Source of the DNA: Lachnospiraceae bacterium
GTDB taxonomy: Bacteria; Bacillota; Clostridia; Lachnospirales; Lachnospiraceae
Direction: 5' to 3'
Assembly (NCBI GenBank): GCA_017617545.1
Contig: JAFZVZ010000006.1
Location: 5,918-69,917 of the forward strand
DNA length: 64,000 nt
The notes under the pieces are model-generated. The model was not told where the DNA came from, searched no databases, and saw nothing but the letters and a program-made list of their open reading frames with translations. Numbering within the stretch: the stretch's first letter is position 1; the number at the start of each line of letters is the position of its first letter. The translations under genes were made by a program, and so were the position numbers. Below, in pieces: positions 10,062-20,099 of the stretch.

Positions 10062-10898
10062 CTACTTCACGATCTCGTCGATCGTCGACACCGTCGTGAA
10101 GGCACCGCCGTTTTCCGAAATGATCTCCTTGATCTTCGGCAGCTCGAAGTAGTTGACATAGCAGATGATCATCTTGTTGCTCCCCGCGATCATGCCGTAG
10201 GACTCCATGATCGTGCACGTCTTGTTGAGCTCGCTGCGGATCGCCTCTGCCAGCCGCTCCGCGTCCTTCGTGATCATCGTCACCTGCTTGACCGACTCAA
10301 AATGGTCCGTAAAATGGTTGATCACCGCCGAGGCAACAACATACACGAGAAGGCTCATCAGCGCCGCGTTGCGGTTGATGAGAAGGAACACCGCAAGGTA
10401 CACGCACGCGTTGAAACCGATCAGGAGATACGTCATGCTGAAGCTTCTCCCGGTCTTCTCCGAGAGCTTGCGCACAACGATGTTGGCGAAGATCTCCGAG
10501 CCGTCGATACAGCCGCCCGCGCGCAGGATGAGCGACAGCCCCGCGCCGAGGATCGCGCCGCCGAACACGACCGCCAGGAAATGCTCCGTGTTCAGCTCAA
10601 ACGGCACCCAACGGAACAACTCCAGGCCCGCCGTGTACACCGCGGAGCCCCAGATCGCATGCATGCCGAACCGCCTGCCGAGGATCAGAAAGCCGAGCAG
10701 CAGAAACGGCAGAAAGACCGCCGCCACGCACATCGAGAGATTCCACCCCGAGAGCTTGCTGATCAGGATCGCGATGCCGGCCGTGCCGTAGTCGATGGCG
10801 TCGTTCGGGATCAGGATACACACGACGGAGAAGCTCGCCAGAAGGGCGCCGACCGTGATCCCGATCCATGTAAAAAATGTTCCGATCCGTTTGGTCAT
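10062..10898 (-). CDS. YitT-family membrane protein (DUF2179 C-terminal domain)
   Basis: N-terminus ...LIPNDAIDYGTAGIAILISKL... with 5 TMs plus a soluble C-terminal domain, typical of the YitT family. Confidence 0.7.
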   Translation of the reverse strand: MTKRIGTFFTWIGITVGALLASFSVVCILIPNDAIDYGTAGIAILISKLSGWNLSMCVAAVFLPFLLLGFLILGRRFGMHAIWGSAVYTAGLELFRWVPFELNTEHFLAVVFGGAILGAGLSLILRAGGCIDGSEIFANIVVRKLSEKTGRSFSMTYLLIGFNACVYLAVFLLINRNAALMSLLVYVVASAVINHFTDHFESVKQVTMITKDAERLAEAIRSELNKTCTIMESYGMIAGSNKMIICYVNYFELPKIKEIISENGGAFTTVSTIDEIVK

Positions 10899-11058
10899 TT
10901 CCGTTTCCTCTTTTCCTCTTTCACGGATATCCCTCCGCGATACAGACAGTTTACCACATCCGCGGTTGCTTGAACAGACCGAATACTAAGGTCTTGTTTT
11001 TTGCCCCCGCTCATGTGTATAATCAAAATCGAACGATATGCCCGGGGGAACGACAATT

Positions 11059-12168
11059 ATGAACCGACTCTCCGAAAAATGCGCGATCTTTCTTCTGTGC
11101 CTGCCCGGCTTTCTCATGGCGGGCTCTGTTGTCGTGCCCGTGCTGGCGCTGCTGATCGCCATCTGCCTCTCGGCGGCGGCACAGCTTCTGTCGGGAAGCT
11201 TTATCGCCTGGGCCTTACTCTTCTGCGGCTCCGCTGCCTGCGGCGTATTTCCGGTCTTGGTCTGCGCGCTGCCGCTGTTTCTCTACGACGCGCTGCATGA
11301 GCGCAAATGGTGGCTCATCATCCCCGCAATCTCGTTCACGGCCAACCTCAGCCAGCTGTCGACGCAGCAGATCATATGCATGCTCACGGGACTTGCCGTG
11401 ACGGTGATCTGGTACTTCCGCGTGGAAGGGCTGTCGCAGTCGGTGGATCATCTGAAGTCGCTTCACGATGACATCACCGAGAAGAACCTGCAGCTCGCGG
11501 AGCAGAACCGGCGCCTGTTCGAGGCGCAGGACAACGAGGTCCACGTCGCCACCCTCACGGAGCGAAACCGTATCGCCCGCGAGATCCACGACAACGTCGG
11601 CCACATGCTCACGCGCTCGATCCTTCAGACCGGCGCGCTGCAGGTCATCAACAAGGACGAGAAACTCAAGGAACCTCTTGCGGAACTGAAGAGCACGCTC
11701 GACGGCGCCATGACGAGCATCCGCGCGAGCGTCCACGACCTGCACGACGATTCGATCGACCTGAAGCGGGTGCTGCAGGAAATGACGGAGCCGGTGGACA
11801 ACCGTTTTGACGTTACCCTTCAGTACGACGCGGGCGAATACATCCCCGGCGAGATCAAGCTCTGCATCGCCGGCATCGTGAAGGAGGGCATCTCCAACGC
11901 CGTCAAGCACTCAAACGGCGACAGGATCGACATCATTTTCCGTGAACATCCCGCCTTCTACCAGCTGTTGCTCGAGGACAACGGACATCCGTCCTCCGCG
12001 GCGGGCGCCGACGGCAGCGTGCACACCGAACGGAAGCCTCTCGCGCGCGGCATCGGCCTGCGCAACATGGAGGACCGCGCCGGCAGCGTCGGCGGACGGA
12101 TCACGTTCACGCAGTCGGAGCAGGGCTTCCGCATTTTCTTAACTATACCGAAAGGACAGGAATCATGA
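11059..12168 (+). CDS. Intramembrane-sensing histidine kinase (HisKA_3 / NarL-class partner)
   Basis: H-box ERNRIAREIHDNVGH, N-box EGISNAVKHS, G-box RGIGLRNM. N-terminal TM bundle with almost no external loop. Start ATG 11059 (GGGGGA RBS); the track ORF starts at 11038. Confidence 0.85.
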   Translation: MNRLSEKCAIFLLCLPGFLMAGSVVVPVLALLIAICLSAAAQLLSGSFIAWALLFCGSAACGVFPVLVCALPLFLYDALHERKWWLIIPAISFTANLSQLSTQQIICMLTGLAVTVIWYFRVEGLSQSVDHLKSLHDDITEKNLQLAEQNRRLFEAQDNEVHVATLTERNRIAREIHDNVGHMLTRSILQTGALQVINKDEKLKEPLAELKSTLDGAMTSIRASVHDLHDDSIDLKRVLQEMTEPVDNRFDVTLQYDAGEYIPGEIKLCIAGIVKEGISNAVKHSNGDRIDIIFREHPAFYQLLLEDNGHPSSAAGADGSVHTERKPLARGIGLRNMEDRAGSVGGRITFTQSEQGFRIFLTIPKGQES

Positions 12169-12791
12169 ACATCGTAGTGATCGACGACGACCGCCTCGTG
12201 GCGATGTCTCTGCAGACGATTTTGGAAAATACGGGTGACATCCGCGTGGTTGCCACCGGCCACAGCGGCGCGGAGGCGATCTCGCTGTACGGCGAGCACA
12301 AGCCCGACGTGATCCTCATGGACATCCGCATGGAGGGCATGAGCGGGATCGACGCAGGCAAGGAGATCCTGCGGAACTATCCGGATGCGCGGATCCTGTA
12401 TCTGACGACATTTTCCGATGACGAATACATCATCAACGCGCTCAACATGGGCGCGAAGGGCTACATCCTCAAGCAGGATTTTGAGGGGATCGCGCCTGCT
12501 CTCGCGGCCGTGATGCGCGGTCAGACCGTGTTCGGCGAGAAGATCATCGGAAAGCTGCCCGAATTAATGAAGGCGCCGGAGCCTTTCGACTACGACGCCC
12601 ATGGTATTACCGATAAGGAGCGTGAAATTCTTGAGTTAGTCGCCGCCGGCCGCTCCAACCGCGAGATCTCCGCGGAGCTGTTCCTCAGTGAGGGCACCGT
12701 CCGCAACTACATAAGCACACTTCTTGAAAAACTCAACCTGCGAGACCGCACGCAGCTCGCGGTGTATTATTACACCGAGATCCGCGGGTGA
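12165..12791 (+). CDS. LuxR/NarL-family response regulator
   Basis: Receiver domain (VILMDIRMEGMSG) plus LuxR HTH (NREISAELFLSEGTVRNYISTLLEKL). ATGA overlap with the kinase gene. Confidence 0.9.
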   Translation: MNIVVIDDDRLVAMSLQTILENTGDIRVVATGHSGAEAISLYGEHKPDVILMDIRMEGMSGIDAGKEILRNYPDARILYLTTFSDDEYIINALNMGAKGYILKQDFEGIAPALAAVMRGQTVFGEKIIGKLPELMKAPEPFDYDAHGITDKEREILELVAAGRSNREISAELFLSEGTVRNYISTLLEKLNLRDRTQLAVYYYTEIRG

Positions 12792-13213
12792 CGCTCCTGG
12801 AAACGCTTGACCGCATTTTCCTGCTCTAAGGTCTCCACGGCCTTCATGCTGTACTGATCCCGCAGAAACGAGATCGGTCTCTTTGTCCCGAGCATGTGCA
12901 ACACACACGACGCGACGTACCCTGTGCGACCGTGTCCGCCGACGCAGAAGAGGCCCACTCTCTTGCCCGCCTGCAGCCTCGCCAGCAGCTCGTCCACAAG
13001 CTTGTCGAGCACGTCATCCGGCAAGATGTTGTAGTCCGTGATCGGATAGTAGACAACCTCGCCGCGATAGCCGAAGCTCCAGATCCAGCCGGGCAGCCGG
13101 TCCAGCGGGAACAGCACATCCGGCTTCATGTACAGGATTTCCTCCAGATTGTAAATGCTTCCCAGGATCAATCCGGGAACGATCTCAACCGACTGCTGTG
13201 CCTCATAATCCAT
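12770..13213 (-). CDS. Cys-based dual-specificity/tyrosine phosphatase-like protein
   Basis: CX5R P-loop in FCVGGHGRTGYV. Start ATG 13213 (AAGGGAGAG RBS); the track ORF extends to 13258. Confidence 0.7.
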   Translation of the reverse strand: MDYEAQQSVEIVPGLILGSIYNLEEILYMKPDVLFPLDRLPGWIWSFGYRGEVVYYPITDYNILPDDVLDKLVDELLARLQAGKRVGLFCVGGHGRTGYVASCVLHMLGTKRPISFLRDQYSMKAVETLEQENAVKRFQERHPRISV

Positions 13214-13344
13214 GCTGCTCTCCCTTCCGACGGACGTCCGTCTGACTGTCCCGGGCACCTCACGGTTTCTTCGTAAAATGCCCTCCTCTGATCCGCAATC
13301 TCTGCCTCTTCATTCTATCAGAACTGCATCTCCGCGTCAATTTC

Positions 13345-15285
13345 TCACTTCTTTCGCTTCCGGACCCGCTTCTTTCCGGTGCCGGATCGTATCGCATGCA
13401 ATACAGCAGCCAAAACCCAGATAAAAAGGTACATACACATATATGCCAGCCTGTCGACACCGCCGTCCAAGGCATATCTCGTTCCGAAAAAGGTGGCTGC
13501 GGGAATCAAGAAGATGGTGGCAATGATCACAGAGAGCCATGAATCCCTCCGTCTCTTGGTATTCTCCTTTGCCTTCGAAAAATCAAACCGGAACAGAAGT
13601 CCGTCGTCCTGATTGTAAGCGTCGTACGATGCTCCGTGCCGGTCCAGAATGCTTGCGCTGATGGCAAGTCCCATGCCTCCGGTCTCCGAATCCTTCGAGC
13701 GGCGTTCCGTCTGGAACATCGGTGACCACAGTTTCTCCAGTTCTTCCTCCGTGAGCGGATCTGCTTTGTTCCACACCATGAACCGCTGTTCCGCGGTCTG
13801 TACGATGATCGTGCTTCCCGGCTCACCGTGGCGCACCGCATTGGAGATCAGATTGTCGATCACCATACCGATCAGATCCGGATCACAGACCGGTCTTTCC
13901 GCGGTCCTCACCGCAAACTCGACCTTCATCTGCCGCTCCGCGATCAGATCGCTGTAGGAAGCGATCACCCTGTCCGTAATACTGTTCCAGTCGGTCTCCA
14001 CCGGGTTCAGCTCAATCTTGCCGTCCAGCACCTGTGTGTATGTCAGCATGCGGTTCAGCAGCGTGTCCATGGATTCGCTCTCGCGCGTCAGCACCTCAAT
14101 GTAATGTCCCTGTTTCTCCGGTTTTGCGCCTGTCGCCAGGTACTCCGCGGTGTTGCGGACAACCGCAGCCGGCGTCTTCAACTCGTGAGCCATCGCGTTG
14201 ACAAACGTATCACGCAGCTGCTTTCGCTCTTCACTCTTTCGCAGTCCGACATACAGAAGCGCCATTCCACCGATTGCTAAGAGCTGAATATAGATGACCG
14301 TACAGAGAATTTTCCGACTCGCTTTGTTCCATATGATCTGATCTCGATCAAACAAAACGTAAAGCACTATGTTCGGTGTAGTTGTGTTCTCGCCCCTCGT
14401 CACATACGAGATCTCCCCGTTGCCGGCTTCCTGTATCTCCGTGATCCTTTGGTCGTAACCGAGCCATGTATAATACGGATCGCTGTAATTCAGAACTTTA
14501 TAATAGTATCGGTCATCGTCCGGCTCCTCGGACCGAAACCACTCCAGACGGCCGCTCAGCTCAGAGTTTTGCTTCAGGGCAGCCAGAGACAGACGCACCT
14601 CACCCCTTCGGCCGCTCTCCGTCTGATACTTCGTTTTCAGGATCTCATCGGATTCTTTGAATTCCTGCGATCTCAGCGTCAGCGTACCTTCATCGGTAAG
14701 CGTCATCCCTGTGATGATAAAATGCCCGTCCTGCGTCTCCCTGCCGCGCAATTCGTCCACCGTGGGTCTCCACCAAGGATTTACGGTAATGAAATCCGCG
14801 AGCTTTTTAATATCTTCCTTCGAAAAATACTTCTTCAGATCCCAGATGCACTCTTTCTGAACCCAGAAGTGGGCTTCCAGGATCTCGTCCTCCTCCATGT
14901 ACTGCGCCTTCAGATATACGTAAGTTCCTTCCAGATACAATCCGTCAAGGTTGATCCCCTGTTCGTTCCCGCCGTTATTGCGATACGCTTCCGCGTCAAA
15001 ACAGTCTTCTAGGAGCGAGACGACATAACAGTCATTGTAGTCTTCATCATAATTGAGAGTACTCCTCAGATACTGTATTTTGGTCATAATGTCCGCGTCA
15101 TTGTTCGTGTTAGCGTCTTTCAGCACATCCAGTCCGCTCACATACCCGTCGATCTCCGTCCGCACGGTTCCTTCAGTTATGGCGTACAGCATCGTTGACA
15201 GCAACACGATCATGAGCAAAGCGATAGCTTCCGTCAGGAGATACGGCCGCAGTTTCTTCCATGTGAACTTCTTCCGTTTTCTCAT
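13345..15285 (-). CDS. Sensor histidine kinase with large extracytoplasmic domain and an extra C-terminal 2-TM hairpin
   Basis: TM, roughly 300-aa loop, TM, then H-box FVNAMAHELKTPAAVV, N-box ISNAVRHG and G2 GGMGLAISASI. Followed by WLSVIIATIFLIPAATFFG and LAYMCMYLFIWVLAAVLHAI. Confidence 0.85.
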   Translation of the reverse strand: MRKRKKFTWKKLRPYLLTEAIALLMIVLLSTMLYAITEGTVRTEIDGYVSGLDVLKDANTNNDADIMTKIQYLRSTLNYDEDYNDCYVVSLLEDCFDAEAYRNNGGNEQGINLDGLYLEGTYVYLKAQYMEEDEILEAHFWVQKECIWDLKKYFSKEDIKKLADFITVNPWWRPTVDELRGRETQDGHFIITGMTLTDEGTLTLRSQEFKESDEILKTKYQTESGRRGEVRLSLAALKQNSELSGRLEWFRSEEPDDDRYYYKVLNYSDPYYTWLGYDQRITEIQEAGNGEISYVTRGENTTTPNIVLYVLFDRDQIIWNKASRKILCTVIYIQLLAIGGMALLYVGLRKSEERKQLRDTFVNAMAHELKTPAAVVRNTAEYLATGAKPEKQGHYIEVLTRESESMDTLLNRMLTYTQVLDGKIELNPVETDWNSITDRVIASYSDLIAERQMKVEFAVRTAERPVCDPDLIGMVIDNLISNAVRHGEPGSTIIVQTAEQRFMVWNKADPLTEEELEKLWSPMFQTERRSKDSETGGMGLAISASILDRHGASYDAYNQDDGLLFRFDFSKAKENTKRRRDSWLSVIIATIFLIPAATFFGTRYALDGGVDRLAYMCMYLFIWVLAAVLHAIRSGTGKKRVRKRKK

Positions 15286-17492
15286 ATCTCCCCACCTTCC
15301 GCGTCGTCATTCACGCCGTCCTGACCATCATTTTTCCAGGGAGACTTTGCCCTCAGCAACTTCGGCATTGCCGACTTTGCGTACGCCCAGGCGAAAAGGA
15401 TCGCGCATACCAGGAACCCGCACGAAACCGCCAGAAACCACATCGGCCTGTTATATCCCGAGAGTTTGCCGCCTTCAAGAGTTATCGTATAGGTATCCCC
15501 CCGGAACCAGTTTGCACCATATGCCCGGTAAACCGCATACCAGACATAGGAAGTGAGCAACAACATACCGGATGACGCCAGGTTGATCCACCCAAACCTG
15601 CGCAGCGTGCGGGTCTTCTTCGCATTCGAAAAATCGAAATACACGGTCAGGCCCATCCCCTCGTTATACGCCCCGTAACGGGCTCCGTGAAGCCTTAGAA
15701 TGCCTGCACACATGGCAAGTCCGATCCCGCCGGTTGTGCGCACTCCGTCCTGCTCCCGCTCATACAAAGGCGTCCAGATCCCCTTGAGATCCTTCTCGCT
15801 CAGGCGGCTGCCTGTCTGGTTCCACACGGTCACCTTCGCGTGGTTCAGTTCTATGTGTAAAATACTGTCCTCCTCACCATAGCTTACCGCGTTGGTAAGG
15901 ATATTTTCCATCACTGTCCTCATAAGATCCGGATCGCACAGCTGCTCCTTCGGACAGGTCCTCACCAGCTTGACCTTCATCCGCTTCGCTTCCAGCTGCT
16001 CATAGTACGCCGGCAGCACGCTCTCCACCAGCTCACCCAAATCCGTCATCTGCTCATGCAGCGTCACTTTGCCATCCATCACACGGGTGTACGTGAGCAT
16101 GCGATTCAGAAGATCGTTCATCGTTACGCTCTCCTGTGTCAGTGTCTCCAGGCACTGTGCCCGCTCCTCCGGATCCACTCCCTCCGCGAGCCGCCCCGCA
16201 GTCTTGCGCGTGATATCCACCGGATCTCTCAACTCATGTGCCATCGCGCCGATGAACGTGTTCCGCAGCTGCTCCTGCTCGTCTTTCCTGCGTTTCCATA
16301 CGCTGCGGATGATCATAACAATGACGGCGACGGTCTGAGCGAAGGCAATTGTGAACACGACCAGTCCGCCCATCCGGTTCCACACAACCTTGTTGACATC
16401 CACAAGGACATAATATGACATTGCCGTCGGGTAGATATTCTCGCTGCTCGAATAGATCGCCATGCCTTCTTTCTGAGCGAGCGTGAGTTCGGCATCATGA
16501 CCGTACCGGGTCTTCTGCGAACGCTCGGTATAGGAACGCTCCGCCAGGTAGTACCGGTCCGTATCCAGATACGCCCAATGCTGCGGTTTCGCAAGAATAT
16601 CCCGCAGTTCACGGTTTTGGCTGATCATGATAATGTCCACGCCCGGCTGAAACGTTCCTTCCGGGACATCATCCTTCGTCTTCCATGGTGTTTCATTCGG
16701 ATCCAGCCAAATCCTCGTGTCTGTCTCTCGGTAGTCCTCTGACTGCAGGATGCAGGGATACCCGTGCCCAAAACTTCGGATTGACACCCGCGTCGGGACA
16801 AGTTCTCCGTCCCCGGTTTCCCGCACGCACAACGACACCACGTCCATCGTATTGTAGAACAGTCCCGTGAAAACAGCTGATTCACTGAACGTATTCTCCA
16901 TCAGTTCGTTGATCTTATCCTCCGGAAAATACTTCGTCAGATCCCAGACGATCGTCTTGTCTTCCGCGATCCGGTAACTGATGACCGCGATGTTTCCGTT
17001 GAGGAACAGCCTTCCTGCTTTCGACTGCGCTTCGATGTCGTCCGACACGGACACTGAAGCCGAATCACTACACGTCGTATAGACGGCAACATTGACACAA
17101 CCGTAGAAACTGGTCTCAAGACCATTCAATATCTCTTCGTCCCGCTGCAGGCAATACAGAAAATCCCAGATCTCCTTTGCTCCGGACAATCTCAGCCCTG
17201 TCATCGATGACACGATTTGCGGAACCCCCTGCACATCCTGTGATTCTTCCCCCGCCTCAATATGAAGTGTCATCGGCTCCGAAAGCAAAGCTCCGTCCTC
17301 GATCCCCGACCTCGCTTCGCTCGCCGCATCATACAGCTGAGGAAGACACGCCTCGATCTCCGACCGCACGGACGATTTCGCGGCATAGTATTTTCCAACC
17401 AAAAACACTGCTGCCACTGCCAACGCGAACACTTCGATCAGCACATACGCCCGAATGGTTTTTCCTATTTTCCTTCCGTTTTTCATACTCAT
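15282..17492 (-). CDS. Sensor histidine kinase, paralog of the downstream kinase, also with a C-terminal 2-TM hairpin
   Basis: H-box FIGAMAHELRDPVDIT, N-box LTNAVSYG, G2 GGIGLAMCAGI. C-terminal WINLASSGMLLLTSYVWYAVY and MWFLAVSCGFLVCAILFAWAYA. ATGA overlap with the next kinase gene. Confidence 0.85.
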   Translation of the reverse strand: MSMKNGRKIGKTIRAYVLIEVFALAVAAVFLVGKYYAAKSSVRSEIEACLPQLYDAASEARSGIEDGALLSEPMTLHIEAGEESQDVQGVPQIVSSMTGLRLSGAKEIWDFLYCLQRDEEILNGLETSFYGCVNVAVYTTCSDSASVSVSDDIEAQSKAGRLFLNGNIAVISYRIAEDKTIVWDLTKYFPEDKINELMENTFSESAVFTGLFYNTMDVVSLCVRETGDGELVPTRVSIRSFGHGYPCILQSEDYRETDTRIWLDPNETPWKTKDDVPEGTFQPGVDIIMISQNRELRDILAKPQHWAYLDTDRYYLAERSYTERSQKTRYGHDAELTLAQKEGMAIYSSSENIYPTAMSYYVLVDVNKVVWNRMGGLVVFTIAFAQTVAVIVMIIRSVWKRRKDEQEQLRNTFIGAMAHELRDPVDITRKTAGRLAEGVDPEERAQCLETLTQESVTMNDLLNRMLTYTRVMDGKVTLHEQMTDLGELVESVLPAYYEQLEAKRMKVKLVRTCPKEQLCDPDLMRTVMENILTNAVSYGEEDSILHIELNHAKVTVWNQTGSRLSEKDLKGIWTPLYEREQDGVRTTGGIGLAMCAGILRLHGARYGAYNEGMGLTVYFDFSNAKKTRTLRRFGWINLASSGMLLLTSYVWYAVYRAYGANWFRGDTYTITLEGGKLSGYNRPMWFLAVSCGFLVCAILFAWAYAKSAMPKLLRAKSPWKNDGQDGVNDDAEGGEI

Positions 17493-17521
17493 CCCCCGCC
17501 TTCACTGCGTCTTATGGTTTT

Positions 17522-18190
17522 CTACGGAACGAAGCGATACCCTTCCTTGATCACGGTCTCAATGAACCTGCCGTAGCGCCCGAGCGCCTTGCGAAGCTTC
17601 TTGATGTGCGTGTCGACCACCCGGTCGCTGCCCTCGTAATCGAGCCCCCAGATGCGATCGAGGATCTGCTCTCTCGTGAGCACGCGTCCGCGGTTCGCGA
17701 TGAAATACCGAAGCAGCCGGTAATCGAGATCCTGCAGATCGACGTCCTTTCCGTCCACGTTCGCCTTGCACGTCACGAAGTTCACGCTCAACCCTTCTGC
17801 CGTAAAGACCTCCGCCGCCATCGTTCGGCCGACCGTGCGCTCCAGGATGGCCCTGCATTTGGCGACCAGCACCGGCAGCGAGAACGGTTTCACGATGTAC
17901 TCGTCCGCTCCCAGCGAGTACCCGAGCAGCTGATCCTCCTCCTGCACTCTCGCCGTCAGAAACAGGATCGGCACATCCTCCTTCGCGCGGATCCTCCGGC
18001 ACACGTCAAAGCCGTTCATCTTCGGCATCATCACATCGAGGAGCACGAGCCTGTAGTGGTTTTCGCAAAATGCGTCCCACGCGCTCATGCCGTCCGCAAA
18101 CGCGTCGACCGTAAAGCCGTTGTCCGAGAGGAAATCGGCCATGACCTCCCTCAGTCCGTCATTGTCTTCCGCAAGTAAGATCCGGCACAT
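17522..18190 (-). CDS. OmpR/PhoB-family response regulator
   Basis: MCRILLAEDNDGL...LLDVMMPKMNG receiver domain and a winged-helix C-terminus ending GYRFVP. Start ATG 18190 has a perfect AAGGAGG RBS. Confidence 0.9.
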   Translation of the reverse strand: MCRILLAEDNDGLREVMADFLSDNGFTVDAFADGMSAWDAFCENHYRLVLLDVMMPKMNGFDVCRRIRAKEDVPILFLTARVQEEDQLLGYSLGADEYIVKPFSLPVLVAKCRAILERTVGRTMAAEVFTAEGLSVNFVTCKANVDGKDVDLQDLDYRLLRYFIANRGRVLTREQILDRIWGLDYEGSDRVVDTHIKKLRKALGRYGRFIETVIKEGYRFVP

Positions 18191-18318
18191 GCGTGCCTCC
18201 TTTCCGGGTTCGTTCGTTCCTTGTGATGCAACCATATCACGGGGATGTGTACTCTGTATGTCAGGAAAAACTTTTCCGTAAAATTTTCGTTCGGCGCCGA
18301 AACGCCCCCTTGATACGG

Positions 18319-18347
18319 ATTATACCATAGTTCTCACCCCACGGCAA
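18319..18347 (-). promoter_or_regulatory. Putative sigma-A promoter of the regulator-kinase-kinase operon
   Basis: Minus strand reads TTGCCG, 17 nt ending TGg, then TATAAT (extended -10). Confidence 0.5.
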
Positions 18348-18384
18348 AACGATGTTTCCGCGAAGAAGGCAATGAAAATAATAC

Positions 18385-18412
18385 TTGACTTTTAGTTTAG
18401 TATAAATATAAT
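18385..18412 (+). promoter_or_regulatory. Putative sigma-A promoter of the XRE-cupin/potABCD unit
   Basis: TTGACT, 16 nt, TATAAT, located 28 nt upstream of ATG 18440. Confidence 0.55.
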
Positions 18413-18439
18413 GGTGAGGGTGGAAGGGGGTGTCCCTAT

Positions 18440-18985
18440 ATGATAGAGGAAAGAATCGGCAAGCGGATCCGTGATCTGCGCAACAAAAACGGTCTGACTC
18501 AGGAAGAGCTCGCGGCGAGGACGGAACTCACCAAGGGCTTTATTTCCCAGTTGGAGCGCGGGCAGACTGCGCCCTCCGTTTCCACTCTTCAGGACATTGT
18601 CGAGTGCCTCGGCACCAACCTCTCGGAGTTTTTCAGCGAGGAACGGGAACCCCAGATCGTCTACCGCAAAGAAGATTATTTTGAAAATGAAGACCGCAAC
18701 GGCAACGTCATCGACTGGCTCGTCGCGTCCGCGCAGAGCCGCAGCATCGAGCCGATCCTGATCCGGCTGCGCCCGGGGACGACCACCGAGCTCGACAAGC
18801 CCCACGACGGCGAGGAGTTCGGGTATGTTCTCGAGGGCTCCGTCAAGCTTACATACGGCGAACAGACCTACACGGTGCGCAAGGGTGATTCCTTCATTTA
18901 CCCGGCGAACAAGCCGCACTGCGTGGGTTCCGCAGGACGCAGGGACGCGTTGTTGCTGTGGGTGAGTACCCCGCCGAGCTTCTGA
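18440..18985 (+). CDS. XRE-family HTH plus cupin-domain transcriptional regulator (PuuR-like architecture)
   Basis: HTH LRNKNGLTQEELAARTELTKGFISQLERGQ and C-terminal cupin GEEFGYVLEGSVKLTYGEQTYTVRKGDSFIY. Confidence 0.85.
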   Translation: MIEERIGKRIRDLRNKNGLTQEELAARTELTKGFISQLERGQTAPSVSTLQDIVECLGTNLSEFFSEEREPQIVYRKEDYFENEDRNGNVIDWLVASAQSRSIEPILIRLRPGTTTELDKPHDGEEFGYVLEGSVKLTYGEQTYTVRKGDSFIYPANKPHCVGSAGRRDALLLWVSTPPSF

Positions 18986-19028
18986 GCAACAACACACAAC
19001 GTTATCTTCGGTAAGGAGTTTCCATATT

Positions 19029-20099
19029 ATGTCGGATGTTATTTTACAACTCAAGAACATCACCAAGTCCTTCGACGGCAAGATGATCCTCAACGATTTC
19101 AACCTGGATATCGGTCGCAACGAGTTTGTGACGCTCCTCGGCCCCTCCGGCTGCGGCAAATCCACGATCCTGCGGATCATCGGCGGTTTCGTGCGTCCCG
19201 ACAAGGGACGGGTGCTGTTCGAGGGCGAGGACATCACGATGCTTCCGCCCGAGAAGCGCAACGTCAACACCGTATTTCAGAAATATTCGCTCTTCCCGCA
19301 CATGAGTGTCGCGGACAATATTGCCTTCGGCTTGAAACTCAAGAAGAAGAGCTCCCAATACATCAAGGATAAGATCGATTACGCGCTCAAGCTGGTGAAC
19401 CTCGACGGCTATGAGGACCGCGAGCCGCTCTCTTTAAGCGGCGGTCAGCAGCAGCGTGTCGCCATCGCGCGCGCCATCGTGAACGAGCCTGAGGTGCTCC
19501 TTCTCGATGAGCCTCTCGGAGCGCTCGACCTTAAGCTGCGCCACGAGATGCAGCGCGAGCTGATCAAGATCAAGAAGGAAGTCGGCATCACCTTCCTCTA
19601 CGTCACGCACGACCAGGAGGAGGCGCTCATGATGAGCGACCGGATCATTGTCATGAACAAGGGCATCATCCAGCAGGCCGGCGATTCCAAAAGCATATAT
19701 GACGAGCCGCAGAACGCGTTCGTCGCGGACTTCATCGGCGAGAGCAACATCATCGACGGCATCATGGTCCGCGACTGCCTGGTCAACATCCAGGGCGTGG
19801 ATTTTACGTGCGTGGATACCGGTTTCGGGGAAAATAACCCCGTCGACGTTGTGATCCGTCCCGAGGACCTCGAGATCGTCAAGGCAGGTGAGGGATATCT
19901 GACCGGCCAGGTCATCTCCATCATCTTCAAGGGCGCGTACTACGAGATCAAGGTGAAGGTCGACGATTATGAGTGGATGATCCAGAGCGTGGATCCCGCT
20001 CCGATCGGCGAGTTCGTCGGTCTCACGATCGATCCGGACAACATTCAGATCATGCACAAGCCCGTGCGTGACGACGAGGAGGTTGCCCGCGATGAATGA
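19029..20099 (+). CDS. potA: Spermidine/putrescine ABC transporter ATP-binding protein
   Basis: Walker A GPSGCGKST, signature LSGGQQQRVAIARA, Walker B LLLDEPLGALD, and a PotA-type C-terminal regulatory domain. Confidence 0.9.
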   Translation: MSDVILQLKNITKSFDGKMILNDFNLDIGRNEFVTLLGPSGCGKSTILRIIGGFVRPDKGRVLFEGEDITMLPPEKRNVNTVFQKYSLFPHMSVADNIAFGLKLKKKSSQYIKDKIDYALKLVNLDGYEDREPLSLSGGQQQRVAIARAIVNEPEVLLLDEPLGALDLKLRHEMQRELIKIKKEVGITFLYVTHDQEEALMMSDRIIVMNKGIIQQAGDSKSIYDEPQNAFVADFIGESNIIDGIMVRDCLVNIQGVDFTCVDTGFGENNPVDVVIRPEDLEIVKAGEGYLTGQVISIIFKGAYYEIKVKVDDYEWMIQSVDPAPIGEFVGLTIDPDNIQIMHKPVRDDEEVARDE

